A DNA stretch of 64,000 nucleotides from Nageia nagi (Eukaryota > Plantae > Pinophyta). Below are positions 1 through 15,000 of the stretch, one piece after another. A program made the translations under genes and the position numbers. Below the pieces are notes generated by a model. That model did no database searches, was not told the DNA's origin, and saw only the letters and a list, made by a program, of their open reading frames with translations. Numbering within the stretch: the stretch's first letter is position 1; each line of letters starts with the position of its first letter. The stretch covers positions 186,000,001 through 186,064,000 of the forward strand of contig JBITNC010000001.1 of the NCBI GenBank assembly GCA_050084985.1, in the 5' to 3' direction.

Positions 1-3000
1 TGTAGATCCTCTTGTTGTAAGATTCTCACTTGATCAAATAAGTCAAATTGATTTCTTATCATGGCATTTATATGTCTTCTCTGACTTAATGCATCTTGCA
101 CCTTATTCTTACCCTTAATATACTTAATACCAAAATCATATTTTATGAACAATTCCATACACCACCTTTTTCTAGTATTAAAGCTGGGCTGAGTTGAATA
201 AGTATTTCAAACTTTGATAATTTATTTCCAATTTGAAAGGTTTTCCTAGTAAGTAATTCCTCCACATCTTGAGTGTGTGCACTATAATTGCTAACTCAAG
301 ATCATGTGTAGCATAATTCAACTCATGTGGCTTTAACTTTATGGATTCATATGCTATGAGATTACCATTTTATAATAGTACCCTACCCAAACCCTCAAAC
401 GATGCATCTATACACACTACAAAGTCACCATGTGGGTCAAGGATAATAAGAATTGGTGCAAAGTTTAATTTGTTCTTTAGAGTTGCAAATGCTTTCTCTC
501 ACTTCTCATTCCACTTAAATAGTTTGTTTTTCTTTTGTAGACTAGTTATAGGATTTTCTATCTTTGAAAAGTCCTTAAAAAATATTCTATAATATCTATC
601 TAATCCCATGAAACTTTTTACCTTAGTCACAATTCTTGACATACACCAACCCATTATTGCTTATACCTTCATAGGGTAAACTAAGATTCTTTTGAAAGAA
701 ATAATATGATCTAAGTATTGAATGTGAGAAACCTAGAAATCCTTTTATCGAATGGAATTTAACTACTCCATTTACTTTAGCAATTCTGGTTGGATCATCA
801 CTTGATCCTCCTGTTTCTCCCTAGTTTAAGGAGTTCTACATCCATGTCCATATAGTGCTTCAAAAAGAGCCATTCCTAAATATGACTAATAACCATTATT
901 ATATATGAACTCAACCTAATAAAAATAATTTTCCCAATTAGTATTTTGTTCCATGCAATACATTCTAAACATGTTCTCAAAGACTTTATTCACACATTTT
1001 TTCTATCTATATGTCTCAAGATGATAAGTTGAACTCATGTTTAACTTTGTACCTAAAACCTTATGTAATGATTTTTAAAATATAGTAGAGAATTTAGAAT
1101 CCTTATCTAAGATTATCACCTTAAAAACTCCATGCGGTTTGAATATTTCATGTGCAAACTTAGTAGCTACTGTAAGGGTATCATCTATGATGTTACTAGG
1201 TATAAAAATATGAAACCTTGGTTAACTTATCAACCATAACCAATATGGAGTCATGATGGAACTTGGTTTTTGAAAAACCAACTACGAAATTCATCAAAAT
1301 TACTTGCCAATTCTATATTGAAATATCATGGGATACAAATATCTACCTAGATGTTGATGTTCCAATTTCACAATCTAAACTTCTAAGCATCTTGGCATAA
1401 ACTTTGCTTTATCCTTCTTCATTCCATTAAAATAGAAGTTCTTTTCTTAGTCTTCTCTCATCTTCTTTCCTCTTCCATGTTTTACATATGGAGAATGATG
1501 GGCTTCTTATAAGATTAAATTCCTTAAATCTTCTTTTTCAAGGATGACTAATCTATCTCTAAAATACAGAATTCCATTTTTTTAGTAAATTCTTGAGATG
1601 AAGGATTATCTTTCTTTACAATTTTCTTGATGGATTTACATTGCAGATCCTCTTGTTGTAAGATTCTTACTTGATCAAATAAGTCGAATTGATTTCTTAT
1701 CATGGCATTTATATGTCTTCTCTGACTTAATGCATCTTGCACCTTATTCTTACCCTTAATATACTTAATACCAAAATCATATTCTATGAAGGATTCCATA
1801 CACCACCTTTTTCTAGTATTAAAGCTGGGCTAAGTTGAATAAGTATTTCAAACTTTGATAATTTATTTCCAATCTGAAAGGTTTTCCTAGTAAGTAATTC
1901 CTCCACATCTTGAGTGTGTGCACTACAACTGCTAACTCAACAACATGTGTAGCATAATTCAACTCATGTGGCTTTAACTTTATGGATTCATATGCTATGA
2001 GATTACCATTTTATGATAGTACCCCACCCAAACCCTCAAATGATGCATCTATACACACTACAATGTCACCATGTTGGTCAAGGATAATAAGAATTGGTGC
2101 AAACATTAATTTGTTCTTTAGAGTTATAAATGCTTTCTCACACTTCTCATTCCACTTAAATAGTTTGTTTTTCTTTTGTAGACTAGTTATAGGATTTTCT
2201 ATCTTTGAAAAGTCCTTAAAAAATCTTCTATAATATATATCTAATCCCATGAAAATTCTTACCTTAGTCATAATTCTTGACATAGGCCAACCTTCTTAGG
2301 GTAAAGTAAGATTCTTTTGATAGAAATAATATGATACTAAGTATTGAATGTGAGAAACCTATAAATCCTTTTATTGAATGGAATTTAACTACTACTCCAT
2401 TTACTTTAACATTTCTGGTTGGATCATCACTTGATCCTCCTATTTATCCCTAGTTAAAGGAGTTCTACACCTCATTCCATATAGTGGTTCAAAAAGAGCC
2501 ATTCTTAAATATAAATGATAACCATTATTATATATGAACTCAACGTAATAAAAATAATATTTATAATTGGTATTTTGTTCCATGCAATACATTCTAAACA
2601 TGTTCTCAAAGACTATGTTCACACATTTTTTCTTTTTGTATGTCTCAAGATGATAAGTTGAACTCATGTTTAACTTTGTACCTAATGCCTTATATAATGA
2701 TTTCTAAAATATAGAAATGAATTTAGAATCCCTATCTAAGATTATCACCTTAAAAACTCCATGCAGTTTGAAGATTTCTTGTGCAAACTTAGTAGCTACT
2801 GTAAGGGTATCATCTATGATGTTACTAGGTATAAAATATGCAACCATGGTTAACTTATCAACCATAACCAATATGGAGTCATTATGGAACTTGGTTTTTG
2901 AAAAACCAACTATGAAATTCATCAAAATTACTTACCAATTCTATATTGAAATATCATGGGGATACAAATATCTACCTAGATATTGATGTTCCAATTTCAC

Positions 3001-6000
3001 TTTCTAAAATTTCAAGCATCTTGGCATAAACTCTACTTTATCCTTCTTCATTCAATCGCAAAAGAAGTTCTTTTCTTAGTCTTCTCTCATCTTCTTTCCT
3101 CTTGGATGTTTTACATATACAGAATGATGGGCTTCTTATAAGATTAAATTCCTTAAATCTTCTTTTTCAAGGATGACTAATCTATCTCTAAAATACAAAA
3201 TTCCATTTTTTTAGTAAATTCTTGAGATGAAGGATTACCTTTCTTTACGATTTTCCTGATGGATTTATAGTGCAGATCCTCTTGTTGTAAGATTCTCACT
3301 TGATCAAATAAGTCAAATTGATTTCTTATCATGGCATTTATATGTCTTCTCTGACTTTATGCATCTTGCACCTTATTCTTACCCTTAATATACTTAATGC
3401 CAAAATCATATTTTATGAACGATTCCATACACCACCTTTTTCTAGTATTAAAGCTAGGCAGAGGTGAATAAGTATTTCAAACTTTGATAATTTATTTCCA
3501 ATTTGAAAGGTTTTCCTGGTAAGTAATTCCTCCACATCTTGAGTGTGTGCACTATAATTGCTATCTCAAGATCATGTGTAGCATAATTCAACTCATGTGG
3601 CTTTAACTTTATGGATTCATATGCTATGACATTACCATTTTATGATAGTACCCCACCCAAACCCTCAAATGATGCATCTATACACACTACAAAGTCACCA
3701 TGTGGGTCAAGAATAATAAGAATTGGTGCAAAGGTTAATTTGTTCTTTAGAGTTGCAAATGCTTTCTCACACTTCTCATTCCACTTAAATAGTTTGTTTT
3801 TCTTTTGTAGACTAGTTATTGGATTTTCTATGTTTGAAAAGTCCTTAAAAAATCTTCTATAATATCTATCTAATCCCATGAAACTTATTACCTTACTCAC
3901 AATTCTTGACATACACCAACCCATTATTGCTTATACCTTCATAGGGTAAACTAAGATTCTTTTGATAGAAATAATATGATCTAAGTATTGAATGTGAGAA
4001 ACCTAGAAATCCTTTTATCGAATGGAATTTAACTACTCCATTTACTTTAATAATTCTGGTTGGATCATCACTGGATCCTCCTGTTTCTCCCTAGTTAAAG
4101 GAGTTCTACATCCATGTCCATATAGTGCTTCAAAAAGAGCCATTCCTAAATATGAATGATAACCATTATTATATATGAACTCAACCTAATAAAAATAATT
4201 TTCCCAATTAGTATTTTGTTCCATGCAATAAATTCTAAACATATTCTCAAAGACTTTATTCACACATTTTTTCTATCTGTGTGTCTCAAGATGATAAGTT
4301 GAACTCATGTTTAACTTTGTACCTCAAACCTTATATAATGATTTTTAAAACATATAAGTGAATTTAGAATCCCTATCTAAGATTATTACCTTAAAAACTC
4401 CATGCAGTTTGAAGATTTCATGTGCAATCTTAGTAGCTACTGTAAGGGTATCATCTATGATGTTAATAGGTATAAAATATGCAACCTTGGTTAACTTATC
4501 AACCATAACCAATATGGAGTCATGATGGAACTTGGTTTTTGAAAAAGCAACTATTAAATTCATCAAAATTACTTGCCAATTCTATATTGAAATATCATGG
4601 GGATACAAATATCTACCTAGATGTTGATGTTCCAATTTCACAATCTAAATTTCCAAGCATATTGGCATCAACTTTGCTTTATCCTTATTCATTCCATTCA
4701 AATAGAAGTTTTTTTCTTAGTCTTCTCTCATCTTCTTTCCTCTTGGATGTTTTACATATGGAGAATGATGGGCTTCTTATAAGATTAAATTCCTTAAATC
4801 TTCTTTTTCAAGGACGACTAATCTATCTCTAAAATACAAAATTCCATTTTTTTAGTAAATTCTTGAAATGAAGGATTACCTTTCTTTATGATTTTCTTGA
4901 TGGATTTATAAATGCAGATCCTCTTGTTGTAAGATTCTCACTTGATCAAATAAGTCAAATTGATTTCTTATCATGGCATTTATATGTCTTCTCTGACTTA
5001 ATGCATCTTGCACCTTATTTTTACCCTTAATATACTTAATACCAAAATCATATTCTATGAAGGATTCCATACATTACCTTTTTCTAGTATTAAAGCTGGG
5101 TTGAGTTGAATAAGTATTTCAAACATTGATAATTTCTTTCCAATTTGAAAGGTTTTCCTAGTAAGTAATTCCTCCACATCTTGAGTGTGTGCACTACAAC
5201 TGCTAACTCAAGAACATGTGTAGCATAATTCAACTCATGTGGCTTTAACTTTATGGATTCGTATGCTATGAGATTACCATTTTATGATAGTACCCCACCC
5301 ACACCCTCAAACGATGCATCTATACACACTACAATGTCACCATGTTGGTCAGGGATAATAAGAATTGGTGCAAACATTAATTTGTTCTTTAGAGTTATAA
5401 ATGCTTTCTCACACTTCTCATTCCACTTAAATAGTTTGTTTTTCTTTTGTAGACTAGTTATAGGATTTTCTATCTTTGAAAAGTCCTTAAAAAATCTTCC
5501 ATAATATCTATCTAATCCCATGAAACTTATTACCTTAGTCACAATTCTTGACATACACCAACCCATTATTTCTTCTACCTTCTTAGGGTAAAGTAAGATT
5601 CTTTTGATAGAAATAGTATGATTTAAGTATTGAATGTGAGAAACCTTGAAATCCTTTTATCGAATGGAATTTAACTACTCCTCCATTTACTTTAACATTT
5701 CTAGTTGGATCATCACTGGATCCCCCTATTTATCCCTAGTTAAAGGAGTTCTACACCTCCTTCCATGTAGTGGTTCAAAAAGATCCATTCTTAAATATAA
5801 ATGATAACCATTATTATATATGAACTCAACATAATAAAAATAATCGTTATAATTGGTATTTTGTTCCATGCAATACATTCTAAACATGTTCTCAAAGACT
5901 ATGTTCACACATTTTTTCTTTTTGTATGTCTCAAGATGATAAGTTGAACTCATGTTTAACTTTGTACCTAATGCCTTATAATGATTTCTAAAATATAGAA

Positions 6001-9000
6001 ATGAATTTAGAATCCCTATCTAAGATTATTACCTTAAAAACTCCATGTAGTTTGAAGATTTCATGTGCAAACTTATTAGCTACTATAAGGGTATCATCTA
6101 TGATGTTACTAGGTATAAAATATGCAACCTTGGTTAACTTATCAACCATAACCAATATAGAGTCATGATGGAACTTGGTTTTTGAAAAATTAACTATGAA
6201 ATTCATCAAAATTACTTGCCAATTCTATATTGAAATATCATGGGAATACAAATATCTACCTAGATGTTGATGTTCCAATTTCACAATCTAAACTTCTAAG
6301 CATCTTGGCATAAACTTTGCTTTATCCTTCTTCATTCCATTAAAATAGAAGTTCTTTTCTTAGTCTTCTCTCATCTTCTTTCCTCTTCCATGTTTTACAT
6401 ATGGAGAATGATGGGCTTCTTATAAGATTAAATTCCTTAAATCTTCTTTTTCAAGGATGACTAATCTATCTCTAAAATACAGAATTCCATTTTTTTAGTA
6501 AATTCTTGAGATGAAGGATTATCTTTCTTTACAATTTTCTTGATGGATTTACATTGCAGATCCTCTTGTTGTAAGATTCTTACTTGATCAAATAGGTCGA
6601 ATTGATTTCTTATCATGGCATTTATATGTCTTCTCTGACTTAATGCATCTTGCACCTTATTCTTACCCTTAATATACTTAATACCAAAATCATATTCTAT
6701 GAAGGATTCCATACACCACCTTTTTCTAGTATTAAAGCTGGGCTAAGTTGAATAAGTATTTCAAACTTTGATAATTTATTTCAAATTTGAAAGGTTTTCC
6801 TAGTAAGTAATTCCTCCACATCTTGAGTGTGTGCACTATAATTGCTAACTCAAGATCATGTGTAGCATAATTCAACTCATGTGGATTTAAATTTATGGAT
6901 TCATATGCCATGAGATTACCATTTTATGATAGTACCCCACCCAAACCCTCAAATGATGCATCTATACACACTACAAAGTCACCATGTGGGTCAGGGATAA
7001 TAAGAATTGGTGCAAAGGTTAATTTGTTCTTTAGAGTTGCAAATGCTTTCTCACACTTCTCATTCCACTTAAATAGTTTGTTTTTCTTTTTTAGACTAGT
7101 TATAGGATTTTCTATCTTTAAAAAGTCCTTAAAAAATCTTCCATAATATCTATCTACTCCCATGAAACTTATTACCTTAGTCACAATTCTTGACATACAC
7201 CAACCCATTATTTCTTCTACCTTCTTAGGGTAAACAAAGATTATTTTGATAGAAATAATATGATCTAAGTATTGAATGTAAGAAACCTTGAAATCCTTTT
7301 ATCGAATGGAATTTAACTACTCCAGTTACTTTAATAATTCTGGTTGGATCATCACTCGATCCTCCTGTTTCTTGCTAGTTAAAGGAGTTCTACATACACA
7401 TCCATATAGTGCTTCAAAAAGAGCCATTCCTAAATATGAATCATAACCATTATTATATATGAACTCAACCTAATAAAAATAATTTTCCCAATTAGTATTT
7501 TGTTCCATGCAATACATTCTAAACATGTTCTCAAAGACTTTATTCACACATTTTTTCTATCTATATGTCTCAAGATGATAAGTTGAACTCATGTTTAACT
7601 TTGTACCTAAAACCTTATATAATGATTTTTAAAATATAGAAGTGAATTTAGAATCCTTATCTAATATTATCACCTTAAAAACTCCATGTGGTTTGAATAT
7701 TTCATGTGCAAACTTAGTAGCTACTGTAAGGGTATCATCTATGATGTTACTAGGTATAAAATATGCAACCTTGGTTAACTTATCAACCATAACCAATATG
7801 GAGTCATGATGGAATTTGGTTTTTGAAAAACCAACTATGAAATTCATCAAAATTACTTGCCAATTCTATATTGAAATATCATGGGGATAGAAATATCTAC
7901 CTAGATGTTGATGTTCCAATTTCACAATCTAAAATTCCAAGCATCTTGGCATAAACTTTGCTTTATCCTTCTTCATTCCATCCAAATAGAAGTTCTTTTC
8001 TTAGTCTTCTCTCATCTTCTTTCCTCTTGCATGTTTTACATATGGAGAATGATGGGCTTATTATAGGATTAAATTCCTTAAATCTTCATTTTCAAGGATG
8101 ACTAATCTATCTCTAAAATACAAAATTCCATTTTTTTAGTAAATTCTTGAGATGAAGGATTACATTTATTTATGATTTTCTTGATGGATTTACAGTGCAG
8201 ATCCTCTTGTTGTAAGATTCTCACTTGATCTAATAAGTCAAATTGATTTCTTATCATGGCATTTATATGTCTTCTCTGACTTAATGCATCTTGCACCTTA
8301 TTCTTACCCTTAATATACTTAATACAAAAATCATATTCTATGAAGGATTCCATACACCACCTTTTTCTAGTATTAAAGCTGGGCTGAGTTGAATAAGTAT
8401 TTCAAACTTTGATAATTTATTTTCAATTTAAAAGGTTTTCCTAGTAAGTAATTCCTCCACATCTTGAGTGTGTGCACTATAATTACTAACTCAAGATCAT
8501 GTGTAGCATAATTCAACTCATGGGGCTTTAACTTTATGGATTCATATGCTATGAGATTACCATTTTATGATAGTACCCCACCCAAACCCTCAAATGATGC
8601 ATCTATACACACTACAAAGTCACCATGTGGGTCAGGGATAATTAGAATTAGTGCAAAGGTTAGTATGTCCTTTAGAGTTACAAATGCTTTCTCACACTTC
8701 TCATTCCACATAAATAGTTTGTTTTTGTTTTGTAGATTGGTGATAGGATTTGCTATCTTTGAAAATTCCTTAAAAAATCTTCTATAATATATATCTAATC
8801 CCATGAAAATTCTTACCTTAGTCATAATTCTTGACATAGGCCAACCCATTATTGCTTCTACCTTCTTAGGGTAAACTAGATTTCTTTGATCTAAATAATA
8901 TGATCTAAGTATTGAATGTTAGAAACATAGAAATCCTTTTATAAAATGGAATTTAACTACTCCTCCATTTACTTTAACATTTCTGGTTGGATCATCACAT

Positions 9001-12000
9001 GATCCTCCTATTTATCCCTAGTTAAAGGAGTTCTACATCCACGTCCATATAGTGCTTCAAAAAGAGTCATTCCTAAATATGAATGATAACCATTATTATA
9101 TATGAACTCAACCAAATAAAAATAATTTTCCCAATTAGTATTTTGTTCCATGCAATACATTCTAAACATGTTCTCAAAGACTTTATTCACACATTTTTTC
9201 TATTCTGTATGTCTCAAGATGATAATTTGAACTCATGTTTAACTTTGTACCTAAAACCTTATATAATGATTTTTAAAATATAGAAGTGAATTTAGAATCT
9301 CTATCTAAGATTATCACCTTAAAAACTCCATGCAGTTTGAAGATTTCATGTGCAAACTTAGTAGCTACTGTAAGGGTATCATCTATAATGTTACTAGGTA
9401 TAAAATATGCAACCTTAGTTAACTTATCAACCATAACCAATATGGAGTCATGATGGAACTTGGTTTTTGAAAAACCAACTATGAAATTCATCAAAATTAC
9501 TTGCCAATTCTATATTGAAATATCATGGGGATACAAATATCTACCTAGATGTTGATGTTCCAATTTCACAATCTAAAATTCCAAGCATCTTGGCATAAAA
9601 TTTGCTTTATCCTTCTTCATTCCATCCAAATAGAAGTTCTTTTCTTAGTCTTCTCTCATATTCTTTCCTCTTGGATGTTTTAGATATGGAGAATGATGGG
9701 CTTCTTATAGATTAAATTCCTTCAATCTTCTTTTTCAAGGATGACTAATCTATCTCTAAAATACAAAATTCTATTTTTTTAGTAAATTCTTGAGATGAAT
9801 GATTACCTTTCTTTATGATTTTTTTGATGGATTTATAGTACAGATCCTCTTGTTGTAAGATTCTCACTTGATCAAATAAGTAGAATTGATTTCTTATCAT
9901 GGCATTTATATGTCTTCTCTGACTTAATGCATCTTGCACCTAATTCTTACCCTTAATATACTTAATACCAAAATAATATTTATGAAGGATTCCATACACC
10001 ACCTTTTTCTAGTATTCAAGCTAGGCTGAGTTGAATAAGTATTTCAAACTTTGATAATTTATTTTCAATTTGAAAGGTTTTCCTAGTAAGTAATTCCTCC
10101 ACATCTTGAGTGTGTTCACTACAACTGGTAACTCAAGATAATGTGTAGCATAATTCAACTCATGTGGCTTTAACTTTATGGATTCATAAGCTATGATATT
10201 ACCATTTTATGATAGTACCCCACCCAAACCCTCAAATGATGCATCAGTACACACTATAAAGTCACCATGTGGGTCAGGGATAATTAGAATTAGTGCAAAG
10301 GTTAGTTTGTCCTTTAGAGTTACAAATGCTTTCTCACACTTCTCATTCCACATAAATAGTTTGTTTTATTTTTGTAGATTGGTGATAGGATTTGCTATCT
10401 TTGAAAATTCCTTAAAAAATCTTCTATAATATATATCTAATCCCATGAAAATTCTTACCTTAGTCATAATTCTTGACATAGGCCAACCCATTGTTGCTTC
10501 TACCTTCTTAGGGTAAACTAGATTTCTTTGATAGAAATAATATGATCTAAGTATTGAATGTTAGAAACATAGAAATCCTTTTATCAAATGGAATTTAACT
10601 ACTCCTCCATTTACTTTAACATTTCTGGTTGGATCATCACGTGATCCTCCTATTTATCCCTAGTTAAAGGAGTTCTACACCTCCTTCCATATAGTGGTTC
10701 AAAAAGAGCCATTCTTAAATATAAATGATTACCATTATTATATATTAACTAAATGTAATAAAAATAATCTTTATAATTGGTATTTTGTTCTATGCAATAC
10801 ATTTTCAACATGTTCTCAAAGACTATGTTCACACATTTTTTCTTTTTGTATGTCTCAAGATGATAAGTTGAACTCATGTTTAACTTTGTACCTAATTCCT
10901 TATATAATGATTTCTAAAATATAGAAATGAATTTAGAATCCCTATCTAAGATTATCACCTTAAAAACTCCATGCACTTTGAAGATTTCTTATGCAAACTT
11001 AGTAGCTACTGTAAGGGTATCATCTATGATGTTACTAGGTATAAAATATGCAACCTTGGTTAACTTATCAACCATAACTAATATGGAGTCATGATGGAAC
11101 TTGGTTTTTGAAAAACCAACTATGAAATTCATCAAAATTACTTACCAATTCTATATTGAAATATCATGGGATACAAATATCTACCTAGATATTGATGTTC
11201 CAATTTCACTTTCTAAAATTTCAAGCATCTTGGCATAAACTTTGCTTTATCCTTCTTCATTCAATCCCAATAGAAGTTCTTTTCTTAGTCTTCTCTCATC
11301 TTCTTTCCTCTTGGATGTTTTACATATAGAGAATGATGGGCTTCTTATAAGATTAAATTCCTTAAATCTTCTTTTTCAAGGATGACTAATCTATCTCTGA
11401 AATACAAAATTCCATTTTTTTAGTAAATTCTTGAGATGAAGGATTACCTTTCTTTACGATTTTCCTGATGGATTTAAGTGCAGATCCTCTTGTTGTAAGA
11501 TTCTCACTTGATCAAATAAGTCAAATTGATTTCTTATCATGGCATTTATATGTCTTCTCTGAGTTTATGCATCTTGCACCTTATTCTTACCCTTAATATA
11601 CTTAATGCCAAAATCATATTTTATGAACGATTCCATACACCACCTTTTTCTAGTATTAAAGCTAGGCAGAGTTGAATAAGTATTTCAAACTTTGATAATT
11701 TATTTCCAATTTGAAAGGTTTTCCTGGTAAGTAATTCCTCCACATCTTGAGTGTGTGCACTATAATTGCTATCTCAAGATCATGTGTAGCATAATTCAAC
11801 TCATGTGGCTTTAACTTTATGGATTCATATGCTATGACATTACCATTTTATGATAGTACCCCACCCAAACCCTCAAATGATGCATCTATACACACTACAA
11901 AGTCACCATGTGGGTCAAGAATAATAAGAATTGGTGCAAAGGTTAATTTGTTCTTTAGAGTTGCAAATGCTTTCTCACACTTCTCATTCCACTAAATAGT

Positions 12001-15000
12001 TTGTTTTTATTTTGTAGATTGGTGATAGGATTTGCTATCTTTGAAAATTCCTTAAAAAATCTTCTATAATATATATCTAATCCCATGAAAATTCTTAGCT
12101 TAGTCATAATTCTTGACATAGGCCAACCCATTATTGCTTCTACCTTCTTAGGGTAAACTAGATTTCTTTGATAGAAATAATATGATCTAAGTATTGAATG
12201 TTAGAAACATAGAAATCCTTTTATCAAATGGAATTTAACTACTCCTCCATTTACTTTAACATTTCTGGTTGGATCATCACATGATCCTCCTATTTATCCC
12301 TAGTTAAAGGAGTTCTACACCTCCTTCCATATAGTGGTTCAAAAAGAGCCATTCTTAAATATAAATGATAACCATTATTATATATTAACTAAATGTAATA
12401 AAAATAATCTTTATAATTGGTATTTTGTTCCACTCAATACATTTTGAACATGTTCTCAAATACTGTGTTCACACATTTTTTCTTTTTGTATGTCTCAAGA
12501 TGATAAGTTGAACTCATGTTTAACTTTGTACCTAATGCCTTATATAATGATTTCTAAAATATAGAAATGAATTTAGAATCCCTATCTAAGATTATCACCT
12601 TAAAAACTCCATTCAGTTTGAAGATTTCTTGTGCAAACTTAGTAGCTACTGTAAGGGTATCATCTATGATGTTACTAGGTATAAAATATGCAACCTTGGT
12701 TAACTTATCAACCATAACCAATATGGAGTCATGATCTAACTTGGTTTTTGAAAAGCCAACTATGAAATTCATCAAAATTACTTGCCAATTCTATATTGAA
12801 ATATCATGGGTATACAAATATATACCTAGATGTTGATGTTCCAATTTCACAATCTAAACTTCCAAGCATCTTGGCATAAACTTTGACTTTATCCTTCTTC
12901 ATTCCATCCAAACAGAAGTTCTTTTCTTAGTCTTCTCTATCTTCTTTCCTCTTGGATGTTTTACATATGGAGAATGATGGGCTTCTTGTAAGATTAAATT
13001 CCTTAAATCTTCATTTTCAAGGAATGACTAATCTATCTCTAAAATACAAAATTCCATTTTTTTAGTAAATTCTTGAGATGAAGGATTACCTTTCTTTATG
13101 ATTTTCATGATGGATTTACAGTGCAGATCCTCTTGTTGTAAGATTCTCACTTGATCTAATAAGCAATTGATTTCTTATCATGGCATTTATATGTCTTCTC
13201 TGACTTAATGCATCTTGCACCTTATTCTTACCTTAATATACTTAATACAAAAATCATATTCTATGAAGGATTCCATACACCACCTTTTTCTAGTATTAAA
13301 GCTGGGCTAAGTTGAATAAGTATTTCAAACTTTGATAATTTATTTTCCAATTTGAAAGGTTTCCTAGTAAGTAATTCCTCCACATCTTGAGTGTGTGCAC
13401 TATAATTACTAACTCAAGATCATGTGTAGCATAATTCAACTCATGTGGCTTTAACTTTATGGATTCATAAGCTATGAGATTACCATTTTATGATAGTACC
13501 CCACCCAAACCCTCAAATGATGCATCTATACACACTACAAAGTCACCATGTGGGTCAGGATAATTAGAATTGGTGCAAAGGTTAATTTGTCCTTTAGAGT
13601 TGCAAATGCTTTCTCACACTTCTCATTCCACTAAATAGTTTGTTTTTCTTTTGTAGATTTATAGGATTTTGTATCTTTGAAAAGTTCCTTAAAAAATCTT
13701 CTAAATTATCTATCTAATCCCATGAAATTCATTACCTTAGACACAATTCTTGACATACACCAACCCATTATTCTTCTACCTTCTTAGGGTAAACTAGATT
13801 TCTTTATAAAATAATATGATCTAAGTATTAATTTAGAAACCTAGAAATCCTTTTATCAATGGAATTTAACTACTCTCCATTTACTTTAACATTCTAGTTG
13901 GATCATCACTGATCCTCCTATTTCCCTAGTTAAAGGAGTTCTACATCCACGTCCATATAGTGCTTCAAAAAGAGTCATTCCTAAATATGAATGATAACCA
14001 TTATTATATATGAACTCAACCAAATAAAAATAATTTTCCCAATTAGTATTTTGTTCCATGCAATACATTCTAAACATGTTCTCAAAGACTTTATTCACAA
14101 CTTTTTTCTATCTGTATGTCTCAAGATGATAAGTTGAACTCATGTTTAACTTTGTACCTAAAACCTTATATAATGATTTTTAAAATATAGAAGTGAATTT
14201 AGAATCTCTATCTAAGATTATCACCTTAAAAATCCATCCAGTTTGAAGATTTCATGTGCAAACTTAGTAGCTACTGTAAGGGTATCATCTATAATGTTAC
14301 TAGGTATAAAATATGCAACCTTGGTTAACTTATCAACCATAACCAATATGGAGTCATGATGGAACTTGGTTTTTGAAAAACCAACTATGAAATTCATCAA
14401 AATTACTTGCCAATTCTATATTGAAATATCATGGGGATACAAATATCTACCTAGATGTTGATGTTCCAATTTCACAATCTAAAATTCCAAGCATCTTGGC
14501 ATAAAATTTGCTTTATCCTTCTTAATTCCATCCAAATATAAGTTCTTTTCTTAGTCTTCTCTCATCTTCTTTCCTCTTGATGTTTTACATATGGAGAATG
14601 ATGGGCTTCTTATAAGATTAAATTCCTTAAATCTTCTTTTTCAAGGATGACTAATCTATCTTAAAATACAAAATTCTATTTTTTTAGTAAATTCTTGAGA
14701 TGAAGATTACCTTTCTTTATGATTTTCTTGATGGATTTATCAGTACAAGATCCTCTTGTTGTAAGATTCTCACTTGATCAAATAAGTAGAATTGATTTCT
14801 TATCATGGCATTTATATGTCTTCTCTAGACTTAATGCATCTTGCACCTAATTCTTACCCTTAATATACTTAATACCAAAATAATATTTTATGAAGGATTC
14901 CATACACCACCTTTTTCTAGTATTCAAGCTAGGCTGAGTTGAATAAGTATTTCAAACTTTGATAATTTATTTTCAATTTGAAAGGTTTTCCTAGTAAGTA

